Of a stretch of 64,000 bases of DNA, positions 17,699 through 26,302 are shown in pieces. The translations under genes were made by a program, and so were the position numbers. The stretch's first letter is position 1. Each line of letters starts with the position of its first letter. Origin of the DNA: Candidatus Thorarchaeota archaeon. GTDB taxonomy: Archaea; Asgardarchaeota; Thorarchaeia; Thorarchaeales; Thorarchaeaceae. The stretch is taken from NCBI GenBank assembly GCA_011364905.1, contig RDNZ01000003.1, positions 227 through 64,226 of the forward strand, given 5' to 3'. The notes below the pieces were generated by a model, which was not told the DNA's origin, did not search any database, and saw nothing but the letters and a program-made list of their open reading frames with translations.

Positions 17699-19420
17699 CT
17701 AATGGAAGATTTTCCTTCCTAGTCGCAAGAATGGTGTCCCTATGGAGAGCACAACTGTGATTGGTATTAGATTAACAAATTCAGTTGCAACATATCCCAC
17801 AAGGATTCCCACAATGAACCAGATTAAGAAACTAGTGAGATCATTTACCATTATCCATGGAACATAGGCTGCAAATATCGTAGGCACCAATAATCTAGCT
17901 ACCCAGATCACTATAGGGACCACAAGACCTGCAATAAACATGATTAGCAAATTCAATCGAGTACTAAGGACTAATGGTCCAGCAAAGACCTTGTGGGAGT
18001 TGAGATATCCCTTCTTGTCAGTCTTGTGTTTCAAGTTCGACATCTTTGCATAGTCCTCTTTACCATAGAAACTTCTCGAATGTGCCGCATTCCACATGCC
18101 AATTGAGTATGCCCTGCCGCCATGTTTCAAACCGAGATTGATCACATCTAAGGAACGGTACCATCCCATCAGGAATGAGATTTTTCGCCGCTCATCATCC
18201 GGAAACCATGTAAGGACAGCAACCTCTCCTCTGTCAGTAATTGCACCTTCTAGAGCGAAATCCTCATCCTTGAAATGACTGTTCATATGATCGATATAGC
18301 CATCTAAGTGGTCCAATGGGACATACACTTCAGAGGGAGCAAGACTTGGACCTAATCGTTTAATCCTCATGGGATAGAATCGCTCACTCCACTCATGTTC
18401 CGCAACTTCTCTTGGCTCAAGAGCCCCACTATGTCTACCGACTATATGTTCCAGCTTCTCCATCTCTGTCGCGATTTCATCATCGGTTCCTTCGAATGCG
18501 CATGAGATAACGAACTCCCCAGTTGTTGGAGGAGCTTTGTTCAACTCTTTGAGCATTCTATAAAACTTGTCAGTGATGAAATGCAGATAGAAAGGTCTTG
18601 TAGCCTCCAAGATGTCTTGAAGCGCTGCGACCATTAGGCTTTGGCTTCTAAACGAAGAAGTCGTCGGCATGATGTTTCTAAGTGGTATTATTTTCAGTAC
18701 AATATTAGTGATGATTCCGAGTGTTCCATTGCTCTCAAGGAACAGATGAGTTGAGTCTGGCTTGTACTGGATATCTTTGTCTACATCGCCATAAAAGGAA
18801 TCGCCACCCCCAAATCCCTTCCACTCAGTCTTGCTCATGAGGTCCTGCTCGGATGTATCCTTCGTTCGAATGACCTCGCCATTGGGGAGGACTACCTCAA
18901 GATCAACTACTTGTTCATTAACCCCTCCATACTTGGTGCTTCCGATGCCGCTTCCGCCGGCAGCGACCCAGCCCCCCACGGTACTCGAAGGTGCACTGGA
19001 AGGATAGGCACCAACTGTCAAACCTTCTTCCTCAAGGTCCTCAATAAGCTTACCCCAGATTATTCCAGAGCCCACCTCGACAGTCATGGCTTCCTTGTCG
19101 ATATTCAGGATTTTATTCATCCTGGTCATTTCGACAACCACACCCCCTCTAGTAGGCAAGGCTCCACCATACCCACTTGTGCCATGTCCTCGTGGAACGA
19201 CTGGGATATTATTTTCTTTGCAGTATTTCAAGAGGTTTGAAACAACTTCTGTTGTTGTCGGTTGAGCAATAGCATCAGCATGTGGATTGATGACATCATT
19301 AACGAGTCCAGGTAATGCAGCAATGTCACTTGAGTAGATGCTGGTCATAAAATCCTCTGAAGAGAAGAAGTCTTCACCCACGATGTCTGCAAGATTCTGA
19401 TTTTGTTTTTTTGAAATCAT
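17699..19420 (-). CDS. GlcD-like FAD-linked oxidase with a C-terminal 3-TM anchor, cassette B
   Basis: 573 aa. IPVVPRGHGTSGYGGALPTRGGVVVEM, YPSSAPSSTVGGWVAAGGSGIGSTKYG and YPMRIKRLGPSL. About 95 hydrophobic residues follow ..LNSHKVF. Confidence 0.85.
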   Translation of the reverse strand: MISKKQNQNLADIVGEDFFSSEDFMTSIYSSDIAALPGLVNDVINPHADAIAQPTTTEVVSNLLKYCKENNIPVVPRGHGTSGYGGALPTRGGVVVEMTRMNKILNIDKEAMTVEVGSGIIWGKLIEDLEEEGLTVGAYPSSAPSSTVGGWVAAGGSGIGSTKYGGVNEQVVDLEVVLPNGEVIRTKDTSEQDLMSKTEWKGFGGGDSFYGDVDKDIQYKPDSTHLFLESNGTLGIITNIVLKIIPLRNIMPTTSSFRSQSLMVAALQDILEATRPFYLHFITDKFYRMLKELNKAPPTTGEFVISCAFEGTDDEIATEMEKLEHIVGRHSGALEPREVAEHEWSERFYPMRIKRLGPSLAPSEVYVPLDHLDGYIDHMNSHFKDEDFALEGAITDRGEVAVLTWFPDDERRKISFLMGWYRSLDVINLGLKHGGRAYSIGMWNAAHSRSFYGKEDYAKMSNLKHKTDKKGYLNSHKVFAGPLVLSTRLNLLIMFIAGLVVPIVIWVARLLVPTIFAAYVPWIMVNDLTSFLIWFIVGILVGYVATEFVNLIPITVVLSIGTPFLRLGRKIFH

Positions 19421-19432
19421 TTACTCCACCAC

Positions 19433-20611
19433 CTATAGACCCAATGCCTCCACAACAATCTGAGATAGATCCTTGAACTCGATTGATGATTTTTGGTCCT
19501 CTATTCCATCTTTAAGCGACATAGTACAAGATGGGCACTCGCTTGCCAATATCTCGGCTCCAGTCTTCTCAGCTTCTTTAACCCGCCTTCCTGAAATCCT
19601 GACTGAGGGTATCGGATTTGTTCCCTTCAGCAATCCGCCACCACCACAACATCGAGCTTTGTTTCGATTATGTATCATCTCTTTCAGCTCAAGACCCGGT
19701 ATGGCATTTAATACCTCACGCGCCGGATTGTAGATGTTCTGATGTCTTCCCAATTCACAGGGATCATGCCAGGCTACTTTGTGGGGATATTTTTTAGTGA
19801 ACTTGATTTTTCCCTCCTTGAGTAGCCTAAGGACAAACTCAGAGAACGGTAGAAACTCAAGTCCCTCGGTTGCCTCTTTCCCAAGCAAGTGGGGATACTC
19901 TTCAGAAAATGCTCTGTGGCATCCTGGGCAGTTGAATACTACTGTCTTAACACCAAGATTCTTCAGAGCTTTGATATTATGCAATGCTAGTTCTTTGCCC
20001 TTGTCAAAACCACCAGCTACGAAGTACGGATTTCCACAACAGAACTCATCATCCCCGAGGATTGTGAAATCTACTCCCGCTGCATGCATGACTTTGATGG
20101 TATTTTCTCCCATGTGTGCTAATGTTCCCTTGAAAGATATATTGCAGCCTGCGAAATAGGCGACCTCTGCTTTAATTCCAATCCTGCCCTCCACCAAATC
20201 GTCGACCATGTCTGTCCAGAGTGTTCTATCAATTTGGTCCATTTCCATGATGTTTTGAGTCTGCTGGATGGAGTCATCGATATACTTGACAATCTCGGGC
20301 CATTCATCGAGATTCCCCACTTCTTGTCTGATCAGCTGCCAAAATCTAAGAAGTGGAATATTAGTCTGACATATCTCTTGACAGGCTCCACACAAGGTAC
20401 AGTAGAAAATCCTCTCTGCAAAATCGCGAGGAATTGGTTTATTCTCCTTGATCAACTTCCGCAGCTGAAACAGTTTGCCTCTGGGTGACTGAGAATCCCA
20501 AAGCTTGTCAAGATAAGCTGGGCAAACAAATGTGCAAAATCCACATTTTGCACACACTGTTGGTTCAATATCGAGCCCTTCATGTTTGAGGGCTTCGTAT
20601 AGATTTGTCAT
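19433..20611 (-). CDS. CCG-domain Fe-S oxidoreductase (GlcF/HdrD-like), cassette B
   Basis: 392 aa. CAKCGFCTFVCP, CTLCGACQEICQ, FCCGNPY..CPGCH, and HDPCELGR..CCGGGG..CPSC. Confidence 0.85.
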   Translation of the reverse strand: MTNLYEALKHEGLDIEPTVCAKCGFCTFVCPAYLDKLWDSQSPRGKLFQLRKLIKENKPIPRDFAERIFYCTLCGACQEICQTNIPLLRFWQLIRQEVGNLDEWPEIVKYIDDSIQQTQNIMEMDQIDRTLWTDMVDDLVEGRIGIKAEVAYFAGCNISFKGTLAHMGENTIKVMHAAGVDFTILGDDEFCCGNPYFVAGGFDKGKELALHNIKALKNLGVKTVVFNCPGCHRAFSEEYPHLLGKEATEGLEFLPFSEFVLRLLKEGKIKFTKKYPHKVAWHDPCELGRHQNIYNPAREVLNAIPGLELKEMIHNRNKARCCGGGGLLKGTNPIPSVRISGRRVKEAEKTGAEILASECPSCTMSLKDGIEDQKSSIEFKDLSQIVVEALGL

Positions 20612-20626
20612 TGTTGATTCTCCTTA

Positions 20627-21130
20627 TCATGGCCATGGAATTCCGATCCAGTCCAAGATTGGTTTCAAAATTGATGTGTGATATTCTAGTATTCCTCCAA
20701 GGGCGCCCATGATCATCATCAGTACGCCACCGACCATTATCACAATAGCATATGGGAAATAAGTGGAAGCATTGACCCATACCCTATCGCCAAGCTTTGT
20801 CCTAACAATCATGGCATAGAGAAAGATTTCAAGGGAAACAATGGACCATAGGATTTTGAAACGCAATTCTGGCGTCTGAATTATGATGTTAAGCGGATAT
20901 TCCGGCTCCATGAAACCAGTGATTACCCCAACAATCAGTCCAATGAAACCAATGATGCTTCCAACGTAGATAAAAACATCAAACTCGTGAAATATCTTTG
21001 CCAATCTAGTTCCGGGAGTGTTTATGTTATCCCTGAATAAGATCCGAAGTACAAGATTAATCAACGCCAAGGCCGCAGCGACTGTAAGGATTCCAGTGTG
21101 AAAGTGTACAAAAACAGGATGTATTGCCAT
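20627..21130 (-). CDS. DUF2231-like 4-TM membrane protein
   Basis: 167 aa. The N-terminal MAIHPVFVHFHTG matches the HPxxVHF start I associate with DUF2231 (from memory). It sits between the monohaem cytochrome and the CCG gene. Confidence 0.45.
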   Translation of the reverse strand: MAIHPVFVHFHTGILTVAAALALINLVLRILFRDNINTPGTRLAKIFHEFDVFIYVGSIIGFIGLIVGVITGFMEPEYPLNIIIQTPELRFKILWSIVSLEIFLYAMIVRTKLGDRVWVNASTYFPYAIVIMVGGVLMMIMGALGGILEYHTSILKPILDWIGIPWP

Positions 21131-21143
21131 TCATTCCACCTCT

Positions 21144-21725
21144 CTATTTCTTCCTCCTAAGAGCGAGGTACCCAAAGATTACCAAGATCAAAGCAGTGGC
21201 AGCTGGTACTGTATACAACATCATTGTCCAAATTCCGACCAAGTCAACTGGCGGAGGGCCTGTTGTCACAGTTACACTAGGCTCACCAGTTACAGTAACA
21301 GCCACATCAAAGGAGTCTCCGAGAAGTCCAGTAGCTGCAGTCCAAATACGAATCGTACGTGACCCGTTAAGAAGAGGTGTGAATGTAACATCAACGGTAA
21401 TTTCCCCAACTGCTGCATTAGTATCATTAACTGAATTATCCTGAATGAGAGTATCTGAGATTCGGAAATAGTCGTTGTCACCCCATCCACTCTTAATTGC
21501 GACATACTCTGCTCCATTTCCTGCTTGAATCTGAAGTATGAATGGATCCCCGGTTTCAGCATTGACAGTTGAGTTTGTTGTTAATGTTAATGTGCCAGTG
21601 TTAGTGTGGCAATCCCCGCATTCAGCAGTATAATCGGGATGTGCCATAACTGAACCTGCCGCAGCGATTAGTAAAACAAGAAAGCTCAAAACCACTATGA
21701 GCTTGGTAGCATAGTTACGTTTCAT
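21144..21725 (-). CDS. Exported monohaem c-type cytochrome with a beta-rich (Ig-like) domain and a C-terminal TM anchor
   Basis: 193 aa. Signal peptide ...AAAGSVMA/HP, a single CGDCH (nt 21606-21620) about 8 residues into the mature protein, and a C-terminal hydrophobic helix followed by RRKK. Confidence 0.75.
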   Translation of the reverse strand: MKRNYATKLIVVLSFLVLLIAAAGSVMAHPDYTAECGDCHTNTGTLTLTTNSTVNAETGDPFILQIQAGNGAEYVAIKSGWGDNDYFRISDTLIQDNSVNDTNAAVGEITVDVTFTPLLNGSRTIRIWTAATGLLGDSFDVAVTVTGEPSVTVTTGPPPVDLVGIWTMMLYTVPAATALILVIFGYLALRRKK

Positions 21726-21787
21726 ATAATCGTCACCTATGTTTGGTTACATGTTGCATCTATAGAGCGATTCAAGGTAGTATCCAA

Positions 21788-21802
21788 GTTACGATTTGCA
21801 AC
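21788..21802. promoter_or_regulatory. Imperfect dyad GTTACGATTTGCAAC, with a near-identical copy at 10867-10881
   Basis: GTTACGATTTGCAAC (21788-21802, upstream of the monohaem cytochrome gene) and CTTACAATTTGCAAC (10867-10881, in the mutS/isf divergent gap) match at 13 of 15 positions, and both are followed by nTAT. The half-sites GTTRCAA and TTGCAAC are roughly inverted. Confidence 0.3.
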
Positions 21803-21923
21803 ATATGTCTCGTATAAGAGCATATTGGTTAACCGAGTTTTCTGCGGTCCCAAGATGAACAGTGTTAGTATCTCTTCCATTATGCAACAGATACTTTTGT
21901 GAGCTAAACATTTACTTCAATCT

Positions 21924-23648
21924 TTACCTTCGCATGAGCTTGCTAAGGAAACGCAAAACTGGAATACCTACGGACAATGCTTGATTAATTGTCATGAAGT
22001 AGACGATTGAAAATCCAAGCAATCCTCCTAGCAAAGCCACCCAAATCAAAACAGGTACTGGTAGGAACTGAACCAGATTCGAGGACATTATCTGTGCCAA
22101 CCAAGTCCACCCTATAAGCTCGGGTCCAATCAAGCCCATTAGAAAAGCAATAGCAAATCCTGCTACGAAACCAAGTGATTTTGAAGCCCGTCCTGCAGTA
22201 ACTCTCCCCCCGAAAACCTTGACAGGATTCATGAGATTTCTTGGATCCAGTCTCTTCTTCATGATCTTGAGATTGTTGAATACCCTATCACCATAGTATT
22301 CTCTCGCATGCCGTCCATTCCAGAGACCCACTGCATAGGGAAGGCCACCAAACCGTTGAGCCAGAGCTGCAATTCTGAACGATCTTTGCCATCCTACGGT
22401 GAAAGAAAAACTCCTTCGTTCATCATCAAGAATCCATACCATAAAGGACGAGCTGTTGTCGTTGCTCATTGTACCCTCTATCGCTACATTTGAATTCCTA
22501 AGTTCGACTTTTGTTTTTTCGAGAATTTCTGGTAGCTTGTCCAAAGGCGCTAGCATCTCTGCGGGGACCAAACTTGGACCATAGCGTTTGATTCTCAGAG
22601 GATAGAGGCGTTCATTCCAATAGAACCACGCTCGTTTGTCATCAAGACGTATTCCATCCTCTTCTTCAGTGATGGTCTGAATTGCGGCGATGTTGTCTTC
22701 GTTGTTGTAAATTGTATCTAGAAGAGCCCCCATAAGAACATATTTTCCGTGTTCCAATTTGTTACCTGCAATGGCTCTCAATTTCGAGGTGTAGTTATCA
22801 GCAAGAAATCTTAGGAAGTAAGGCTGCGTATCATTTACCATCCTCGCAGCTGCATTTACTAGATCTTTCATTGAATCAAATGAACTCGCAAAAGGTACAA
22901 GTTGCAGATTAGGGATTGTCTTCAAAGTGACCTTCGTTATGATTCCAAGTGTTCCATAGGTACCTGTGAGTAGCTTTGTTTCTTTTTCTGGAGTTCCAAG
23001 ACCTGCGGCCTCAAGCTCCATCTCAAGCCATTTATTGGCTTTCGACGCTTCATCTTTAATATCATCAGTCTTTGGATCTAATAGAACTCTACCCAGTCTG
23101 ACGACCTTTCCATTTGGTAGGACTGCTTCTATTCCCAAGACTTGTTTCAAGATATCTCCATGGCGGGTGGATCCAATACCAAGTCCTCCACTTGCAACAA
23201 ATCCTCCAACTGTCGCAGCAGTAGCACTTGAGGGATAAACTGGCAAGGTATAGCCTAATCTCTCAAGGAACTCTAACAAGTTTCTCCATGTAATTCCTGA
23301 CTCTACAGTTACAGCTTGCTCAAACTCATTGAAGTACAAAACCCGCGACATACCTGAGAGGCCAATGCATATCCCTCCTCTGGTAGGAATCGAACCACCC
23401 CAACCAGATGTTCCGTTTCCCCGAGGTACTATCGGAATGTTGTTGTCAATCGCATAACCCACAAGATTTTGAAGCGATGGAACATCAACCGGTTGAGTCA
23501 CAACATCAAATTTTGGACTGACAATCTGATACGCTATATCCGGAAGACTCGTAACATCCTTTGAATATATCATACAGGTTTCATGAGTGATTGAGACATT
23601 GTCTGCCCCCACAATATCACCGATGTGTTGCTCGTCAACCTTCCGCAC
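21924..23648 (-). CDS. GlcD-like FAD-linked oxidase with a C-terminal 3-TM anchor, cassette C (start re-assigned)
   Basis: The ORF track extends to 23750. The first 34 codons overlap the upstream CCG gene and have no counterpart in the paralogs. An in-frame GTG at 23648-23646 gives VRKVDEQHIGDIVGADNV, which parallels MISKKQNQNLADIVGEDFF in cassette B. Motifs: IPIVPRGNGTSGWGGSIPTRGG, YPSSATAATVGGFVASGGLGIGSTRHG and YPLRIKRYGPSL. Confidence 0.8.
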   Translation of the reverse strand: MRKVDEQHIGDIVGADNVSITHETCMIYSKDVTSLPDIAYQIVSPKFDVVTQPVDVPSLQNLVGYAIDNNIPIVPRGNGTSGWGGSIPTRGGICIGLSGMSRVLYFNEFEQAVTVESGITWRNLLEFLERLGYTLPVYPSSATAATVGGFVASGGLGIGSTRHGDILKQVLGIEAVLPNGKVVRLGRVLLDPKTDDIKDEASKANKWLEMELEAAGLGTPEKETKLLTGTYGTLGIITKVTLKTIPNLQLVPFASSFDSMKDLVNAAARMVNDTQPYFLRFLADNYTSKLRAIAGNKLEHGKYVLMGALLDTIYNNEDNIAAIQTITEEEDGIRLDDKRAWFYWNERLYPLRIKRYGPSLVPAEMLAPLDKLPEILEKTKVELRNSNVAIEGTMSNDNSSSFMVWILDDERRSFSFTVGWQRSFRIAALAQRFGGLPYAVGLWNGRHAREYYGDRVFNNLKIMKKRLDPRNLMNPVKVFGGRVTAGRASKSLGFVAGFAIAFLMGLIGPELIGWTWLAQIMSSNLVQFLPVPVLIWVALLGGLLGFSIVYFMTINQALSVGIPVLRFLSKLMRR

Positions 23649-24834
23649 TCTTCTTGTCCTCCTCTTTTTTGGGCAAAAGGGACTCTGCAACAATTTGAGT
23701 GATATCTTGCACAGTAATATCGTATCCTGTTGTGAACTTTGCCAAGTCAAAAGCCAGAATGCATCGCGGGCATTCCGTGATTATTCGAGTGGCTGGAGTT
23801 ACAGTCGCATCTCTGAGTCGCATCTCAGCTATTCTAGATGAGAGAACTGGATCAACGACGTCCAAGAGTCCGTGGGCGCCACAGCATCTTGTGCTCTTCC
23901 TAGAAGGCATCATCTCCACATTGTACACACCCGGTATGTCTTCTATAACCTCTCGTGGCTCCTCGGTAGCTTTCAGAACTCTAGCTGAAATGCATGGGTC
24001 ATGGTAGGTAACTGTAACCATCGGTTGCTCTTCGAATTTTAGACGCCCCTCCCTAATCAACCGACTTATGAACTGCGAAGCTGTCAAGAGCTCCAAATCG
24101 TTTTCTTCTTTGAGATGTCTTTTATACTCAGACCAAGTCTGGATGCAGGATGGACAACTAAAGACAACGGTCTTTACTCCCAGGCTACGGATTAACTCTA
24201 GGTTTCTCTCAGCCATTTCGTTAATGCCTTCTAATTTTCCCGCCCACCCCAGAGGCGCTCCACAGCAAACCTCCTTTTCTCCGAGCAAGGTATAATCAAC
24301 GCCTGCATATTCCATTATCTTAATCATTGATCTTGCTACGTCATGCAGCTGCGATTTTAATGAAACATTGCATCCAAGAAAGTATGCTACATCGGCATGC
24401 TTCAAAATCCTGTCTGTGACTATTTCTTCAATCCCCTCCATCCAAAGAAGCCTATCTGCAGAGCCCATCCACATGATGTCTCCTCTCGATTCCAGAGAAT
24501 CCAACACAAACTGGGCGGGACGTGGCAAAAGCCCACGCTGTCTGGCCTCAGCTCGAGTGACTTCCCAGAACCGATCGAGACTGATCCCGGTAGTACAAAC
24601 CGATGTACAGTGTTCACAGAGAGTACAAAGGAAAATCTTGTTTGCGAAGTCTTGACCGAATTCTCCATCACCTTCGATTATGGATTTCATGATGTGAAGT
24701 TTTCCTCTCGGGCCATAGGACTCCCATTTTAGACTGCGAAAGACCGGACAAACAAGTGTGCAGTTTCCACATGAAGCACAGACATACGGTTCATTTTCCT
24801 GCGCATACCTCTCTAAGAAGTCCATTTTGGTCAT
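23635..24834 (-). CDS. CCG-domain Fe-S oxidoreductase (GlcF/HdrD-like), cassette C
   Basis: 399 aa. CASCGNCTLVCP, CTLCEHCTSVC, VCCGAPL..CPSC, and HDPCISAR..CCGAHG..CPRC. Confidence 0.85.
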   Translation of the reverse strand: MTKMDFLERYAQENEPYVCASCGNCTLVCPVFRSLKWESYGPRGKLHIMKSIIEGDGEFGQDFANKIFLCTLCEHCTSVCTTGISLDRFWEVTRAEARQRGLLPRPAQFVLDSLESRGDIMWMGSADRLLWMEGIEEIVTDRILKHADVAYFLGCNVSLKSQLHDVARSMIKIMEYAGVDYTLLGEKEVCCGAPLGWAGKLEGINEMAERNLELIRSLGVKTVVFSCPSCIQTWSEYKRHLKEENDLELLTASQFISRLIREGRLKFEEQPMVTVTYHDPCISARVLKATEEPREVIEDIPGVYNVEMMPSRKSTRCCGAHGLLDVVDPVLSSRIAEMRLRDATVTPATRIITECPRCILAFDLAKFTTGYDITVQDITQIVAESLLPKKEEDKKSAEG

Positions 24835-24938
24835 CTAAGGCTCACCATGGAATGATGACTGCTTCTGAATTGACTACGACATAGTATATAGTTATCCCAT
24901 TGGCTGTTTTTCTTGCCATCTGCAATTCCTATGTGGGT

Positions 24939-26276
24939 CTACTTCATATCGTGTATCATCTCTCCGGCACAAGCAATGCCGGATCTTGAGGCTGCTTCCA
25001 TTGATGCATAGTACATGCCACAATTTGCATATGCTCCTGCAACATAAAGTCCCTCTACGCCAGTCCGATTTGTCTTCAGACGCATATCCATGATTCCTGG
25101 TGGCTGTTTGAGAACCGACTTCCAGATTTTCCAGCTCTTTTTCCATGTGACCTTTTCCTTAACACCTGGAATTAGAATTTCTAGTTCATTAAGGATCTCA
25201 TCTGTTGCTTCTTCATCGCTCATTTTGAGCAGCTCTTTATCAATTCCAGTGACCGTCAGGAGAGATTCTCCAATAGGAGCTAATACACCGGAAACTCTCT
25301 TAGCTTCTGCAACGATGTTGATTTTTCTCTCTGGAACAAACGCGCCAACATTAAAATCAAGAACCCTCGATTTCAGTCCAAAGTATGCAACTGTGGAAGG
25401 TGCGTATTCGAAGTAGGCGGCCTTCTCAAGAAACTCCTTCGGCAAGTCGCTCTTTTTAACGAAGTGTGGCAACAAATCGATGGGAGTTGTAAGAACGACA
25501 GCATCTGTATCAAGGTGTTTGCTCTCTCCATCCTGTTCATAATCGACGCCAACAACTTTTCCATCTTCAATGATCACCTGGTTCACTGCGCAACTGACCT
25601 GGGGTTCGACGCCAAAGTTTCTCGCTTGCAGCATCAGAGTATATGCGACGCTACCAAGTCCACCACGTTCTGGGTACATCGCACTGAATCCGTCTTCATA
25701 TGCAAACCGGAGATGTTCGGAGTATAGATACTGTCCTGCAGAGACCTCATCAGGTTGCATGAAAGTGACAGTTTTGATTAAAGGCTCGTAAAAGTCTTGC
25801 TGGATATCTTCTGGAATGTTCTGGTCATCCGCATAATCCGAGAAGGTCATGCTATCCAGTTCCTTGAATTCCTCCTTAGACCTTTTGATGTTGTTCTGAA
25901 CTAGCATACCAAGTCTAGCTCTATCTGCGACTGGGAGTAGTCCGAATTTTGCGAGCTCAACTGCTGACTTGCGAATGATGTGCCGCTCGCCACCCTTAAG
26001 CCAGACTGCGCCTTCGCCTACGGTGGTCATTCTGACTCCGCTTCTCTCAAGAATAGGAATCAATGATTTGAAACCACCAACGAAGAAGTGCAATCCCTGA
26101 TCAAAGACGTACCCTGACTCAGTGTAAGACCTAGCACGTCCACCTACTGTCTTTTCTTTCTCCAAAATCGTGCATCGGGCTTTGAGACCTTTCAATTCCA
26201 GCGCGCAGCTGAATCCTGAAATCCCACCGCCAACGATTACGACACGAGTGCCTTTTTCTTTGCTCATAATTGACAA
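24939..26276 (-). CDS. FAD/NAD(P)-binding amine-oxidase / phytoene-desaturase-family oxidoreductase
   Basis: 445 aa. The N-terminal dinucleotide fold VVIVGGGISGFSCALEL..ILEKEKTVGGRA and the C-terminal GLYVAGAY are typical of the CrtI/HemY/amine-oxidase superfamily. Confidence 0.7.
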   Translation of the reverse strand: MSIMSKEKGTRVVIVGGGISGFSCALELKGLKARCTILEKEKTVGGRARSYTESGYVFDQGLHFFVGGFKSLIPILERSGVRMTTVGEGAVWLKGGERHIIRKSAVELAKFGLLPVADRARLGMLVQNNIKRSKEEFKELDSMTFSDYADDQNIPEDIQQDFYEPLIKTVTFMQPDEVSAGQYLYSEHLRFAYEDGFSAMYPERGGLGSVAYTLMLQARNFGVEPQVSCAVNQVIIEDGKVVGVDYEQDGESKHLDTDAVVLTTPIDLLPHFVKKSDLPKEFLEKAAYFEYAPSTVAYFGLKSRVLDFNVGAFVPERKINIVAEAKRVSGVLAPIGESLLTVTGIDKELLKMSDEEATDEILNELEILIPGVKEKVTWKKSWKIWKSVLKQPPGIMDMRLKTNRTGVEGLYVAGAYANCGMYYASMEAASRSGIACAGEMIHDMK

Positions 26277-26302
26277 TCTCCTTTTCTTCCTGTTAATTCT
26301 TC

